DNA of 64,000 bases, taken from assembly GCF_030684315.1 (NCBI RefSeq), contig NC_081387.1:21570647-21634646 (forward strand). The letters are read 5' to 3'. Shown in pieces: positions 38,870 through 50,487 of the stretch (its first letter is position 1; each line of letters opens with the position of its first letter). The notes below the pieces were generated by a model. It was not told the DNA's origin. It made no database searches and was given only the letters and a program-made list of their open reading frames with translations. Source of the stretch: Stegostoma tigrinum. Taxonomy: Eukaryota. The translations under genes and the position numbers were made by a program.

Positions 38870-40242
38870 TAGAACATAGAACATAGAACATAGAACAGTA
38901 CAGCACAGAACAGGCCCTTCAGCCCACAATGTTGTGCCGATCATGATCCTCGATCACGATCATGCACCCTCAAATTTCTGTGACCATATGCATGTCCAGC
39001 AGTCTCTTAAATGACCCCAATGACCTTGCTTCCACAACTGCTGCTGGCAGCGCATTCCATGCTCTCACAACTCTCTGTGTAAAGAACCCGCCTCTGACAT
39101 CCCCTCTATACTTTCCACCAGCCAGCTTAAAACTATGACCCCTCGTGCTAGCCATTTCTGCCCTGGGAAATAGTCTCTGGCTATCAACTCTATCTATGCC
39201 TCTCATTATCTTGTATACCTCAATTAGGTCCCCTCTCCTCCTCCTTTTCTCCAATGAAAAGAGACCAAGCTCAATCAACCTCTCTTCATAAGATAGGCCC
39301 TCCAGTCCAGGCAGCATCCTGGTAAACCTCCTCTGAACCCTCTCCAAAGCATCCACATCTTTCCTATAATACGGCGACTAGAACTGGACACAGTATTCCA
39401 AGTGCGGTCTAACCAAAGCTTTATAGAGCTGCAACAAGATCTCACGACTCTTAAACTCAATCCCCCTGTTAATGAAAGCCAAAACACCATATGCTTTCTT
39501 AACAACCCTGTCCACTTGGGTGGCCATTTTAAGGGATCTATGTATCTGCACACCAAGATCCCTCTGTTCCTCCACACTGCCAAGAATCGTATCCTTAATC
39601 CTGTACTCAGCTTTCAAATTCGACCTTCCAAAATGCATCACCTCGCATTTATCCAGGTTGAACTCCATCTGCCACCTCTCAGCCCATCTCTGCATCCTGT
39701 CAATGTCCCGCTGCAGCCTACAACAGCCCTCTATACTGTCAATGACACCTCCGATCTTTGTGTCGTCTGCAAACTTGCTGACCCATCCTTCAATCCCCTC
39801 ATCCAAGTCATTAATAAAAATTACAAACAGTAGAGGCCCAAGGACAGAGCCCTGTGGAACCCCACTCACCACTGACTTCCAGGCAGAATATTTTCCTTCT
39901 ACTACCACTCGCTGTCTTCTGTTGGCCAGCCAATTCTGTATCCAAGCAGCTAAGTTCCCCTGTATCCCATTCCTCCTGACCTTCTGAATGAGCCTACCAT
40001 GGGGAACCTTATCAAATGCCTTACTGAAGTCCATATACACCACATCCACAGCTCGACCCTCATCAACTTTTCTAGTCACATCCTCAAAAAACTCAATAAG
40101 GTTTGTGAGGCATGACCTACCCCTCACAAAGCCGTGTTGACTGTATTTGATCAAGCCATGCTCCTCCAGATGGTCATAAATCCTATCCCTCAGAATCCTT
40201 TCTAACACCTTGCAGACGACAGACGTGAGACTTACTGGTCTG
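38870..40242 (-). mobile_element. Young 5'-truncated CR1 LINE (RT domain + 3' UTR)
   Basis: QHGFVRGRSCLTNL, YMDFSKAFDKVPH, GVPQGSVLGP, KFADDTK; ORFs 39378-40208 and 38970-39356 are in the same frame, separated by one TAG; (TTCTATG)n tail. Confidence 0.95.
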
Positions 40243-42483
40243 ATGTTTGGATTGATCCCATCAAATAAGCTATGAACCCATTGACCACTACACGATTTTG
40301 ATCAGTGTCTCAATCTGAAATTTGGGCTTCATTACAATTTTCCTGTCAGTTTTCCATTGAATTGCAGTGTGGAAAGGTTTTGGATGGTTTCTTGGGGAAC
40401 AGACGGTTGGCAAGATAATCTGCTTCATTTCCAGGAGGAGAGGGGGTGATTGAGAGGGGAGAGGGAAAGCAAAGGAGCAACATGCATCTCAATAAATCCT
40501 AGTCACAGGGAAACCATTACAAAAAAAATCAGACAAATTGATTTTCAACTTAATTCTAATTATCTTCATTGTTACATGTACTCAAATGAGTGCAGTGAAA
40601 AGTTTGTAAGCTGCCGCTTACAGCGCCATCTAAGGTATCAAGGTACCTATATACAGATTCTTAAGCCCAAATTCTGAGGGTAAAACAACATTTAGAAAAA
40701 TAACGACATTTAAAAGTCCAGCGTTGCAGATCAGGGGAATAAATCAGCATAATAAAGAAATCAGAAGTTGAGAACAATAGTCCCTCCAACTCATTCCACA
40801 CTGGCACCTAGCCTCCAATCTGCCTTGATTCCAGACTGCACCCGGCTGTACCTTGAGGCTCACAAGGCCAGAACACGGTTGTGGAATCACCTCCAAGCCA
40901 GAAGTCCACACGACAGCCACACAGGGCGAAGGACCACCAATGAAACAAAGGATATGGACAGACCAGGTGAACACCAGCTAAAAGTCCTACTTCATTGTAG
41001 TCTTGTGTATCAATTGCCCTCTAACCTGTTTTGTTCATGTGCTGTCTGTAATGAGTTGCTGAATCATTATAAAGGATGCCACTCTGAGAGGGGTGACAAC
41101 CCCAGGCAGTGAAGGCTCTCAGGTGAAAGACTGTCTTCTGGGCAGATGTGGGCTTTATCCTGAGCTAAATTCCAAGTGTCTTTGGTGTAAGTTGTGATCC
41201 TGAGATTTGCTGCAGCTTTTAATTGAAATTGTATTCTCTACTGGGCCCACTGTCTGGTCCATCTACCTCTTTCCTGTTTAACTGCTGCTCACCTAACATC
41301 TACTGTTTCTCCCATGGATCTGTCTCACATATTATCCAAATCCATTTTAGATTTCATCAAACCAATTTGAATGACCTATCCTTGTTCTCTGTGCTTGGAA
41401 TTGTTCCCTCAACTTATGTTCTTTTACAAATTGCTTCAATATCCATGATGTTCTTGATCGCTAAGGGAATCAAAGATAACAGGGAGAAGGCAGGAGCATG
41501 AGATTGAGAAACATATCAGCCATGATCAAATGGTTGAGCAGTCCCAATCGGCCAAATGGCCTAATTCTGCTCATCTATCTTACAGCCTTATAGTCTAATG
41601 TGATCAATTCTGAAGTCCATCCCCATCTCCAGTATCTACTGTTTGAACCACACCAACCAGATTTTATCAGTTCTCGGAGCTCCAAAAAATAGTGTTAATT
41701 TGGGATGTGAGTGTCACATGCAGGGCTAGGATTTGGTTCCCATTACTAATAAGCCATGAGAAGGAGAAATACCATGTTTCCTTAAAATGATCCAGCTCAA
41801 CACAATGAGCTGAATGGCCCCTGAATGACCTCATATCAATGATTCTATTCTCCCCCTCCAACTCCACTCCACTCCCTCCTCACTCTACCCCCTCCTCTCC
41901 CTCTTCCAATTTCCGTTCCTCCCATTCTTCCTAAACCCTCACCGTTCTTGGCTGCCCGAATGTTCTACCCTCACATCTCCTCTTCCCTCTGTTTTCCCCT
42001 TGCACTCCTCATTCTTCATTCAAACACTCCCACTCAACATTTCCGCACCTGAGCCCTTCCTGCTCTTCCATTCCCCCGCCGTCCCCCACTCTTCCTAACC
42101 GCCACCAGTCCTTCCTCTTCCTAACCCCGACTTGTCCTTCCTCTTCCTACTCCTTCTCCCTACTCCCGCAATTTTGCTTCCCAATTGCACTTCCCACTCT
42201 TCCTTCTACCTCTGTTACCCAGTCTTCCTCCCGCTTCCCCTATCTACCCTCCACCTCTCTTCCCTTCTCTTCCCTTCCCCCTCACTCACACCTGACTTCC
42301 CCCGCTCTTCACAGCCCACCCCTCACCTCTCTGTCACCCCTCTCTTCAATTCATCCTTCCAATTTCCTTCCCCCTCAGCCTCCCTCCTCCACATCCTGCG
42401 CCATTCAGCCCCTCAACACCCCCCCCACCCTCATTCTTCCCTCCCTCCCTCTCACTGACGGTGTTATTTGATCTCTCCCCCAG

Positions 42484-42983
42484 CTCCAGCCTCTCTCACT
42501 CTGGACCCAAACACAGCGCATCCCCGGCTCATCCTGTCTGAGGACCGGACCAGTGTGAGACTCGGAGACAAACCACAGCCGCTCCCTGACTCCCCGGAGA
42601 GATTTGATCCCTGGCCCTGTGCCCTGGGATCAGAGGGATTCACATCAGGGAGGCATTACTGGGAGGTGGAGGTGGAGGAGAAGACCCGGTGGAGTTTGGG
42701 AGTGGCCCGGGAGTCTGTGGAGAGGAAAGGGGGGATCCACCCGCGGGAGGAGACTGGATTGTGGGGCTGTATCCGGGAGTTGGCTATTTGGCCGCCACCT
42801 CACTCTCAGAGACCCCTCCCCCTTCCCCTGAGTGTGAATCCCAGGAAGATCGGGGTTTTCCGGGACTATGAGGGCGGACAATAGGGACAACATGTCCAAT
42901 CTCCACACTTTCAAATACAGGGACGGAATATTCCCGGGAAAACCTCCACCCCGCTGACAATCGGCGGGACGAAAGGGCACTGA
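42484..42983 (+). pseudogene. TRIM pseudogene C, disrupted PRY/SPRY exon
   Basis: Intact PRY start, then a frameshifting deletion near GFWIV, premature TAG at 42882-42884 and deletions in VSFYN/HTFTHTF; ancestral KGH-stop at 42981-42983 followed by a paralogous 3' UTR. Confidence 0.85.
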
Positions 42984-43336
42984 CAGATCCATCCCATAAC
43001 TTCACCCGGTTCCCCCTGTCTCCTGCCAGCTGTAAACTGATGGGGTTCGGCCTCTGTCACAGGGAGAGAGAAACCAGGTTAACGTTCCGGAAATAAACCG
43101 TGTACCGGAACTGGGAACTTAAAGATCAGCAAGGAGCTCTGTAGGGCTGGGGGAAGAAGGAGGGAGAGAGAAAAACAACAACAAAAGGAGGCTCAATTGT
43201 AGAGCTGGACTTACTGGGTGGAATGAGCTGTGAGCTGCAGGAACCCGGGGACCTCCTGTCTGTCATGTTGCTCCACAGGCGGAAGGTGGCGCTACATGAC
43301 GGTGTTGGCGATGAATCAGTCAGTGGTTCTCAGACT

Positions 43337-43577
43337 GGGCTCAGTGGTGTCTTCCCGGGGGACACCAAACCATTTCACTGCAGAGTCAGTGGTGTCTTTC
43401 CAGGGGGACACCAAACCATGTCACTGCAGGGTCAGTGGTGTCTTTCCAGGGGGACACCAAACCATGTCACTGCAGGGTCAGTGGTGTCTTTCCAGGGGGG
43501 CACCAAACCATTTCACTGCAGGGTCAGTGGTGTCTTTCCAGGGGGACACCAAACCATGTCACTGCAGGGTCAGTGGA
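43337..43577. repeat. 46 bp minisatellite, ~5.2 copies
   Basis: Unit GGGTCAGTGGTGTCTTTCCAGGGGGACACCAAACCATGTCACTGCA starting at ~43337, 43383, 43429, 43475, 43521, 43567. Confidence 0.92.
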
Positions 43578-44169
43578 GTCTATCGGTGGGGGAGCAGAAT
43601 CTTATAATTTCTCCAGAGTACAAATGGGAAAATCATGGTGGTAGCGGGGAGAGAGAATAGGAAAAGTGCAACAAAAGTACCAATGTTGTATAAATGTCCA
43701 GGAGGTTGCATTTTCCTGCATGGTGAGCTGAGTGATCGCCTTTGACATCAAGGCTGCATTTGACCAAACGTAGCATCATTGAGCTCCTTGCAAATTTGGC
43801 ATTGGGGGCAAACTTTCGGCTGGTTGGAAGAAATATGATTGTGTTTGTTGGATGTCAGTCATTTCAGCTCCGGGACATCTCTGAAGGGGTTCCTCACTGT
43901 GGTGTGCTGGGCCCAATCATTTTTAGCTGATTAAAAATGACTTGTCTCCATCATATGATCAGGAGTGAGGATGGTCGTTGACAGTGCACAATGTTCATTA
44001 CTTGTGACTCCTCAGATACTAATGCAGTCCATGTTCAAATGAGACACAATCTGAACAATATCTAGGCTTGGGTTGCCATGTGTCAAGCAACATTTGCAAC
44101 ACACAAATGGCAGGCAATGATCACCTTCAATAGGAGACAGTATAGCCACTGTCCTTTGTCATTCAACGG

Positions 44170-44700
44170 CATTAATGGAATTTGTATTTGCAGATACATT
44201 CTATATAGTTCAAAAAGCCAGCAGTTTATGGGCAGTCAGTCAAAGTGGCATTTTATAAATTCCTAGTTGAGAAATAAAACCAGTCTGACTCCAAACTAAA
44301 ACACAACAGATTCTAAACAAGACCTCACACCTAGCATGCATTGTCTGACCTAAAATGTCACCTTTTTTTAACTCTGATAAAATCTTTAATTCTCTCAGGG
44401 TAGTGACTTGAAAGGAATTTGGGGATTTACACAGACAAATTAATCAGTTAAAACCTTCCAACTGATTAAAGACTTGACAACATCTTAGGTATGTTTAATA
44501 TATCCTCGTCAATAGTGTGACCCTATGATCTTTCATTTATAAATTCTGTGCCTGATATTAGCTCTGTCCCTGACACCTGAAGAAGGAGTGAGGTTCCAGA
44601 AGCTTGTGTTTTCAAATAAACATGTTGGACTGTAACCTGGTGTCGTGTGATTTCTGATCTTGTCCACCCGAGTCCAACACTGGCACCTCAACATCATGAT
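44170..44700 (+). mobile_element. 3' part of another probable PLE-related repeat with decayed hammerhead
   Basis: CCTGAAGAAGGAG..TTCCAGAAGCTTG resembles a hammerhead core, followed by repeat-like terminal sequence. Confidence 0.45.
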
Positions 44701-45279
44701 TATTGTAGGAGTGTTTTTTCTGACCCAGGGCAAAGACTGAGGAGGCAGGCAGGATTCAGGCTAGTGGGAGATGTTTATTCAAGCAGAAACCAGTTTATGC
44801 AGGGCAAAAGCCAAAGGATCGTCCTCGAATCAGGATTTGAAATATAGATCAATGACTCACCCCTCTGCTTTTAGAAAGAAATACAGCAACTTATGTTTAT
44901 TGACGGTTTTTAATACCAAATAAATTTGCCTTGAGAATTTTCAAATATTAAATGGGGTGAGACTGCAGGGAAGACTGATTTCACTGCTCAATTGGGCATG
45001 ATGAGCAACAAATACATTAGTGAGGTTAGTGAGGCAATTAACATGTTTCTTCCTGTGACAAAAAAAAGCTATACAATTTATATTCAGCAGAATGTTGATG
45101 AAGTAACAGTTAACATTCATTTCTGGTTTAATGTTCTTGCTCATCTCTGTCCACATCAGTGAGAATGTCCCTTAAAAAACCAGCAATTGCTAAATTTAAT
45201 TTCTAAAAAATTTATTAAATTTTTTTCACAGTACCTATTCAAATTTATTCTGTATTACATTTTACATCGGGGGAGGAGG

Positions 45280-46090
45280 TCAAAAAGTGTTGTTGTTTGT
45301 CACATATAGAGGGCAGATCTTCTATGAAACTGTCTCTGAGTCCACACTTGGTCTCACTTGTGTACATGAACCATATCGGGAGTAGCGGATACAGTAGACC
45401 AAGTTGACAGATGTGTAGATGAACCCCTGCCTGATATGAAAGTATTGTTTTGGGCCTTGAATGGAGATGAGGAGGAAAGTGTAGGGGCAAGTGCAGGGAA
45501 AGGCGCCAGGTGTGGTGGGGTTAGTAGGAAGTGTAGGGTGGACGAGGGAGTTATGAAGAGAGCCAGCCTCAACAAACAACACCTTCTGCTCACTAATCAT
45601 TTTAACTTCCCCTCGCACTCCCTGGGCAATATGTCCATTCTAGGTCTCCTCCAGTGTCACAATGACACGACCCACAAACTGGAGGAGCAACACCTCATAT
45701 TCCACCTCAGGAACATACAGTTCGATGGCCTAAACATCGAATTCACCAGTTTTAAAATCTCCCCACCACATCCAATGACCAACCCTCCCTCTCATCCTGC
45801 CTGATACCATCTGTCCATCTTCTCTCCCACCTATCCAGCCACCCAGCCCACTGACCAATCCCCATCACTCCCTACCTGCACTCACTTATCACCATCCCAC
45901 CCACCTTCTCCAGCCCCACCCCTCCTCTCTCTATTTCCCAGCTCCCTTCCCCCTCCGGATTTCTGAAGAAGGGTCTCAATCCAAAACGTCAACTTTCCTG
46001 CTCCTCTAATGCTGCCTGGCCTGCTGTGTTCCTCCAGCTCGACACTGCGTTTTCTCCGGCTCTGGCATCTGCAGTACTTGCTATCTCTGA
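45280..46090. mobile_element. Older PLE fragment with inverted 5' part
   Basis: 45280-45565 is minus-strand GIY-YIG-region sequence; 45570-46090 continues on + strand to the decayed hammerhead (CTGAAGAAGGGTC ~45963) and the 3' end. Confidence 0.75.
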
Positions 46091-46483
46091 TTCCTGATCC
46101 GTTCAGCCGAGGGTCTTTAGTAAACAAAATGAGGGCAATTACCCTAAACTGATATTTAAGAACACAAAAACATTGCTTTTAGGAGCAGGAGTAGACCTTC
46201 CAGCAGTTACTGCAATTCCGATCTTTTGCTTGATCACAATTTTTTGCAAAAATCTGCATAGCCCTGGCTTTTGTTTGCGTTTCGATAATTCATTGATGAC
46301 GAACAAACTCAATGGTGGAGCTCATTTGGGGAGAGAATTGCAGAGCTTCACCACCCCTGAGTGAAGAAATTCCTCCACATCTCAGTTCTATATATCCTTT
46401 GCCTTATTCTGAGACTGCATCTCCTATTTGCATAATACTTCAAGGGCAGGATTTCTGAATCTACACTGTCGATCCTTCTATAA

Positions 46484-46611
46484 TTGATGAAGGGTCTAGG
46501 GCCGAAACGTCAGCTTTTGTGCTCCTGAGATGCTGCTTGGCCTGCTGTGTTCATCCAGCTCCACACTTTGTTATCTCGGATTCTCCAGCGTCGGCAGTTC
46601 CCGTTATCTTT
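46484..46611 (+). mobile_element. PLE terminal fragment starting at the hammerhead
   Basis: TGATGAAGGGTCTAGGGCCGAAACGTCAGC..; GATCCTTCT repeated at 46471-46479 and 46612-46620. Confidence 0.82.
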
Positions 46612-46872
46612 GATCCTTCTTTATATTTTGTTTTCTAAAATGCTCGTCAGAAACCGAATCCGTTTAGAATTAAGTCCGAGAAGCTAAAAAAAACTAAACA
46701 CGCTGTTTGTTTTATTTGCATATTGGTCCAAATGCTGCATCCTCATGACTCCAGTCCAATTATTATCTGAATGATTTAAAACCTTGAGAATGAAGTCAAT
46801 GGTACCATTCGGCAACAAAATGTGAGGCTGGATGAACACAGCAGGCCAAGCAGCATCTCAGGAGCACAAAAG

Positions 46873-46904
46873 CTGACGTTTCGGGCCTAGACCCTTCATC
46901 AGAG
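46873..46904 (-). ncRNA. Minimal hammerhead ribozyme motif (inverted arm copy)
   Basis: Reverse complement reads CTGATGAAGGGTCTAGGCCCGAAACGTCAG. Confidence 0.7.
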
Positions 46905-49580
46905 AGGGGGATGGGGGGAGGGAACTGGAATAAATAGGGAGAGAGGGGGAGGCGGACCGAAGATGGAGAGTAAAGAAGATAGGTGGAGAGAGTATAGGTG
47001 GGGAGGTAGGGAGGGGATAGGTCAGTCCAGGGAAGACGGACAGGTCAAGGAGGTGGGATGAGGTTAGTAGGTAGCTGGGGGTGCGGCTTGGGGTGGGAGG
47101 AAGGGATGGGTGAGAGGAAGAAACGGTTAGGGAGGCAGAGACAGGTTGGACTGGTTTTGGGATGCAGTGGGTGGAAGGGAAGAGCTGGGCTGGTTGTGTG
47201 GTGCAGTGGGGGGAGGGGATGAACTGGGCTGGTTTAGGGATGCAGTGGGGGAAGGGGAGATTTTGAAACTGGTGAAGTCCACATTGATACCATATGGCTG
47301 CAGGGTTGCCAAGCGGAATATGAGTTGCTGTTCCTGCAACCTTCGGGTGGCATCATTGTGGCAGTGCAGGAGGCCCATGATGGACATGTCATCAAGAGAA
47401 TGGGAGGGGGAGTGGAAATGGTTTGCGACTGGGAGGTGCAGTTGTTTGTTGCGAACCGAGCAGAGGTGTTCTGCAAAGCGGTCCCCAAGCCTCCGCTTGG
47501 TTTCCCCAATGTAGAGAAAGCCGCACCGGGTACAGTGGATGCAGTATACCACATTGGCAGATGTGCAGGTGAACCTCTGCTTAATGTGGAATGTCATCTT
47601 GGGGCCTGGGATGGGGGTGAGGGAGGAGGTGTGGGGACAAGTGTAGCATTTCCTGCGGTTGCAGGGGAAGGTGCCGGGTGTGGTGGGGTTGGAGGGCAGT
47701 GTGGAGCGAACAAGGGAGTCACGGAGAGAGTGGTCTCTCCGGAAAGCAGACAGGGGTGGGGATGGAAAAATGTCTTGGGTGGTGGGGTCGGATTGTAAAT
47801 GGCGGAAGTGTCGGAGGATAATGCGTTGTATCCGGAGGTTGGTAGGGTGGTGTGTGAGAACGAGGGGTATCCTCTTGGGGCGGTTGTGGCGGGGGCGGGG
47901 TGTGAGGGATGTGTCGCGGGAAATGCGGGAGACGCGGTCAAGGGCGTTCTCAATCACCGTGGGGGGGAAGTTGCGGTCCTTAAAGAGCTTGGACATCTGG
48001 GATGTGCGGGAGTGGAATGTCTTATCGTGGGAGACTTCCTACAGACTAAGGGGGTGGCCATGGGCACCCGCATGGGCCCCAGCTATGCCTGCCTCTTTGT
48101 AGGTTACGTGGAACAGTCCATCTTCCGCACCTACACAGGCCCCAAACCCCACCTCTTCCTCCGGTACATTGATGACTGTATCGGCGCCGCCTCTTGCTCC
48201 CCAGAGGAGCTCGAACAGTTCATCCACTTCACCAACACCTTCCACCCCAACCTTCAGTTCACCTGGGCCATCTCCAGCACATCCCTCACCTTCCTGGACC
48301 TCTCAGTCTCCATCTCAGGCAACCAGCTTGTAACTGATGTCCATTTCAAGCCCACTGACTCCCACAGCTACCTAGAATACACCTCCTCCCACCCACCCTC
48401 CTGCAAAAATTCCATCCCCTATTCCCAATTCCTCCGCCTCCGCCGCATCTGCTCCCACGATAAGACATTCCACTCCCGCACATCCCAGATGTCCAAGCTC
48501 TTTAAGGACCGCAACTTCCCCCCCACGGTGATTGAGAACGCCCTTGACCGCGTCTCCCGCATTTCCCGCGACACATCCCTCACACCCCGCCCCCGCCACA
48601 ACCGCCCCAAGAGGATCCCCCTCGTTCTCACACACCACCCTACCAACCTCCGGATACAACGCATTATCCTCCGACACTTCCGCCATTTACAATCCGACCC
48701 CACCACCCAAGACATTTTTCCATCCCCACCCCTGTTTGCTTTCCGGAGAGACCACTCTCTCCGTGACTCCCTTGTTCGCTCCACACTGCCCTCCAACCCC
48801 ACCACACCCGGCACCTTCCCCTGCAACCGCAGGAAATGCTACACTTGTCCCCACACCTCCTCCCTCACCCCCATCCCAGGCCCCAAGATGACATTCCACA
48901 TTAAGCAGAGGTTCACCTGCACATCTGCCAATGTGGTATACTGCATCCACTGTACCCGGTGCGGCTTTCTCTACATTGGGGAAACCAAGCGGAGGCTTGG
49001 GGACCGCTTTGCAGAACACCTCCGCTCAGTTCGCAACAAACAACTGCACCTCCCAGTCGCAAACCATTTCCACTCCCCCTCCCATTCTCTTGATGACATG
49101 TCCATCATGGGCCTCCTGCACTGCCACAATGATGCCACCCGAAGGTTGCAGGAACAGCAACTCATATTCCGCCTGGGAACCCTGCAGCCATATGGTATCA
49201 ATGTGGACTTCACCAGTTTCAAAATCTCCCCTTCCCCCACTGCATCCCTAAACCAACCCAGTTCGTCCCCTCCCCCCACTGCACCACACAACCAGCCCAG
49301 CTCTTCCCCCCCACCCACTGCATCCCAAAACCAGTCCAACCTGTCTCTGCCTCTCTAACCGGTTCTTCCTCTCACCCATCCCTTCCTCCCACCCCAAGCC
49401 GCACCCCCAGCTACCTACTAACCTCATCCCACCTCCTTGACCTGTCCGTCTTCCCTGGACTGACCTATCCCCTCCCTACCTCCCCACCTATACTCTCTCC
49501 ACCTATCTTCTTTACTCTCCATCTTCGGTCCGCCTCCCCCTCTCTCCCTATTTATTCCAGTTCCCTCTCCCCATCCCCCT

Positions 49581-49612
49581 CTCTGATGAAGGGTCCAGGC
49601 CCGAAACGTCAG
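49581..49612 (+). ncRNA. Minimal type-I hammerhead ribozyme motif in PLE terminal repeat
   Basis: CTGATGA-A-GGGTCCAGGCCC(stem II)-GAAA-CG-TC core with palindromic ACGT stem III; PLEs are known to carry such minimal hammerheads. Confidence 0.7.
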
Positions 49613-49724
49613 CTTTTGTGCTCCTGAGATGCTGCTTGGCCCGCTGTGTTCATCCAGCCTCACATTTTGTTGTCTTGGAATCTCCAGCATCTGCAGTTCC
49701 CATTATCTCTGGTACCATTCGGCA

Positions 49725-50414
49725 GCCGGGCTTTCGAAGAGGGTGAGGGCGATTGTCCCGATGGACTGTCAATCAGAAAGAGATAGGCGGGATACTAGAG
49801 GACTATGTAGCCAATTGGTTGATCTGCTTGTCAATTAGATTTCATCTGCGGGGAACAATGGGGATGCGGAGACGAATCATTCAAAGTACCTATCAGTCTA
49901 AAGATGGGAGGCGGGATGTCAGCCAAGGGAAATATGATTGGTGAATATGCTGTCACTCGAGCGGGAGGCCGTGAAGCCATTCAGAGAATTCGGTGAGAGG
50001 ATTGGCTATTCCGCTGTCACCGAAGGGGCAGATTTCCGTCGAAGTTAAAGCGGACTGGATGCTGGCCTGTCGCTTATATGACGTAGACGAAGGGGGGCGG
50101 TTACTAGAGATTCCAAAAGATGATTAGCAAACTGCCATTCGGTGAGTCACCGGAAGAAGTCTCTGTTGGTTGCCGGGGAACCAGCGAACGGATTGGGTTT
50201 CGGCTTGTCGTTCAGAGCAAGGGGGCGGGTTTCCGGGACCGGGCCGCAATTCGTTTCGGAGGTCGGGCAATGAGCCGGGGCCGGTGTGTGGAGAGGCCTA
50301 GCTGCTCCTTGTGGTGGTGATTTGGAGCCAGCCTCCTCCTGGCTTTATAGTCGAGGCAGTTTGTGTTTGAAAACTCTTAGTTCTCGTTGTTCGTTCGGTG
50401 GAAGCGGAGCTGTC
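49725..50414 (+). promoter_or_regulatory. CpG-island promoter/5' UTR of the ATF6B-like gene
   Basis: High CpG density; several CCAAT/ATTGG boxes (e.g. AGCCAATTGG ~49810, GATTGG ~49936 and ~50000), GGGGCGG GC boxes (~50094, ~50222), CRE-like TGACGT ~50079. Confidence 0.7.
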
Positions 50415-50487
50415 ATGGCAACGGATCTGGTGAACGAGCTGGAGAGTCGCTTCTTCCCTGAAAACCTGCTGAACAGTGAGGCCTGGG
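50415..50487 (+). CDS. ATF6B: First coding exon of ATF6-beta-like ER-stress bZIP transcription factor (later exons not identified in window)
   Basis: GTCATGG Kozak; MATDLVNELESRFFPENLLNSEAW(G) resembles the mammalian ATF6B N-terminus as I recall it (RFFTDNLLSPEDWG); phase-1 donor G|GTAAGG; lies in a CpG island. Confidence 0.72.

Larger units (their letters stand above)
46815..49709 (+). mobile_element. Young Penelope-like retroelement (probably Neptune-type), 5'-truncated, with inverted 1.22 kb duplication and 15 bp TSD
   Basis: + copy 48034-49709 encodes QTKGVAMGTRMGPSYA, LRYIDD, a CxxxxCxxC linker and VVY..YIGET GIY-YIG; 46813-48033 is the reverse complement of 48452-49672; TGGTACCATTCGGCA at 46800-46814 and 49710-49724. 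Confidence 0.93.

Noticed and set aside
43337-43577. CRISPR-like repeat with hairpin, and overlapping ORFs 43223-43660
   Set aside because: Units are contiguous with no unique spacers, there are no cas genes and the context is eukaryotic; the ORFs are repeat artefacts.
48034-49358. Autonomous or selenocysteine-recoding PLE
   Set aside because: The RT N-terminal half is missing and there is no in-frame TGA in the ORF.
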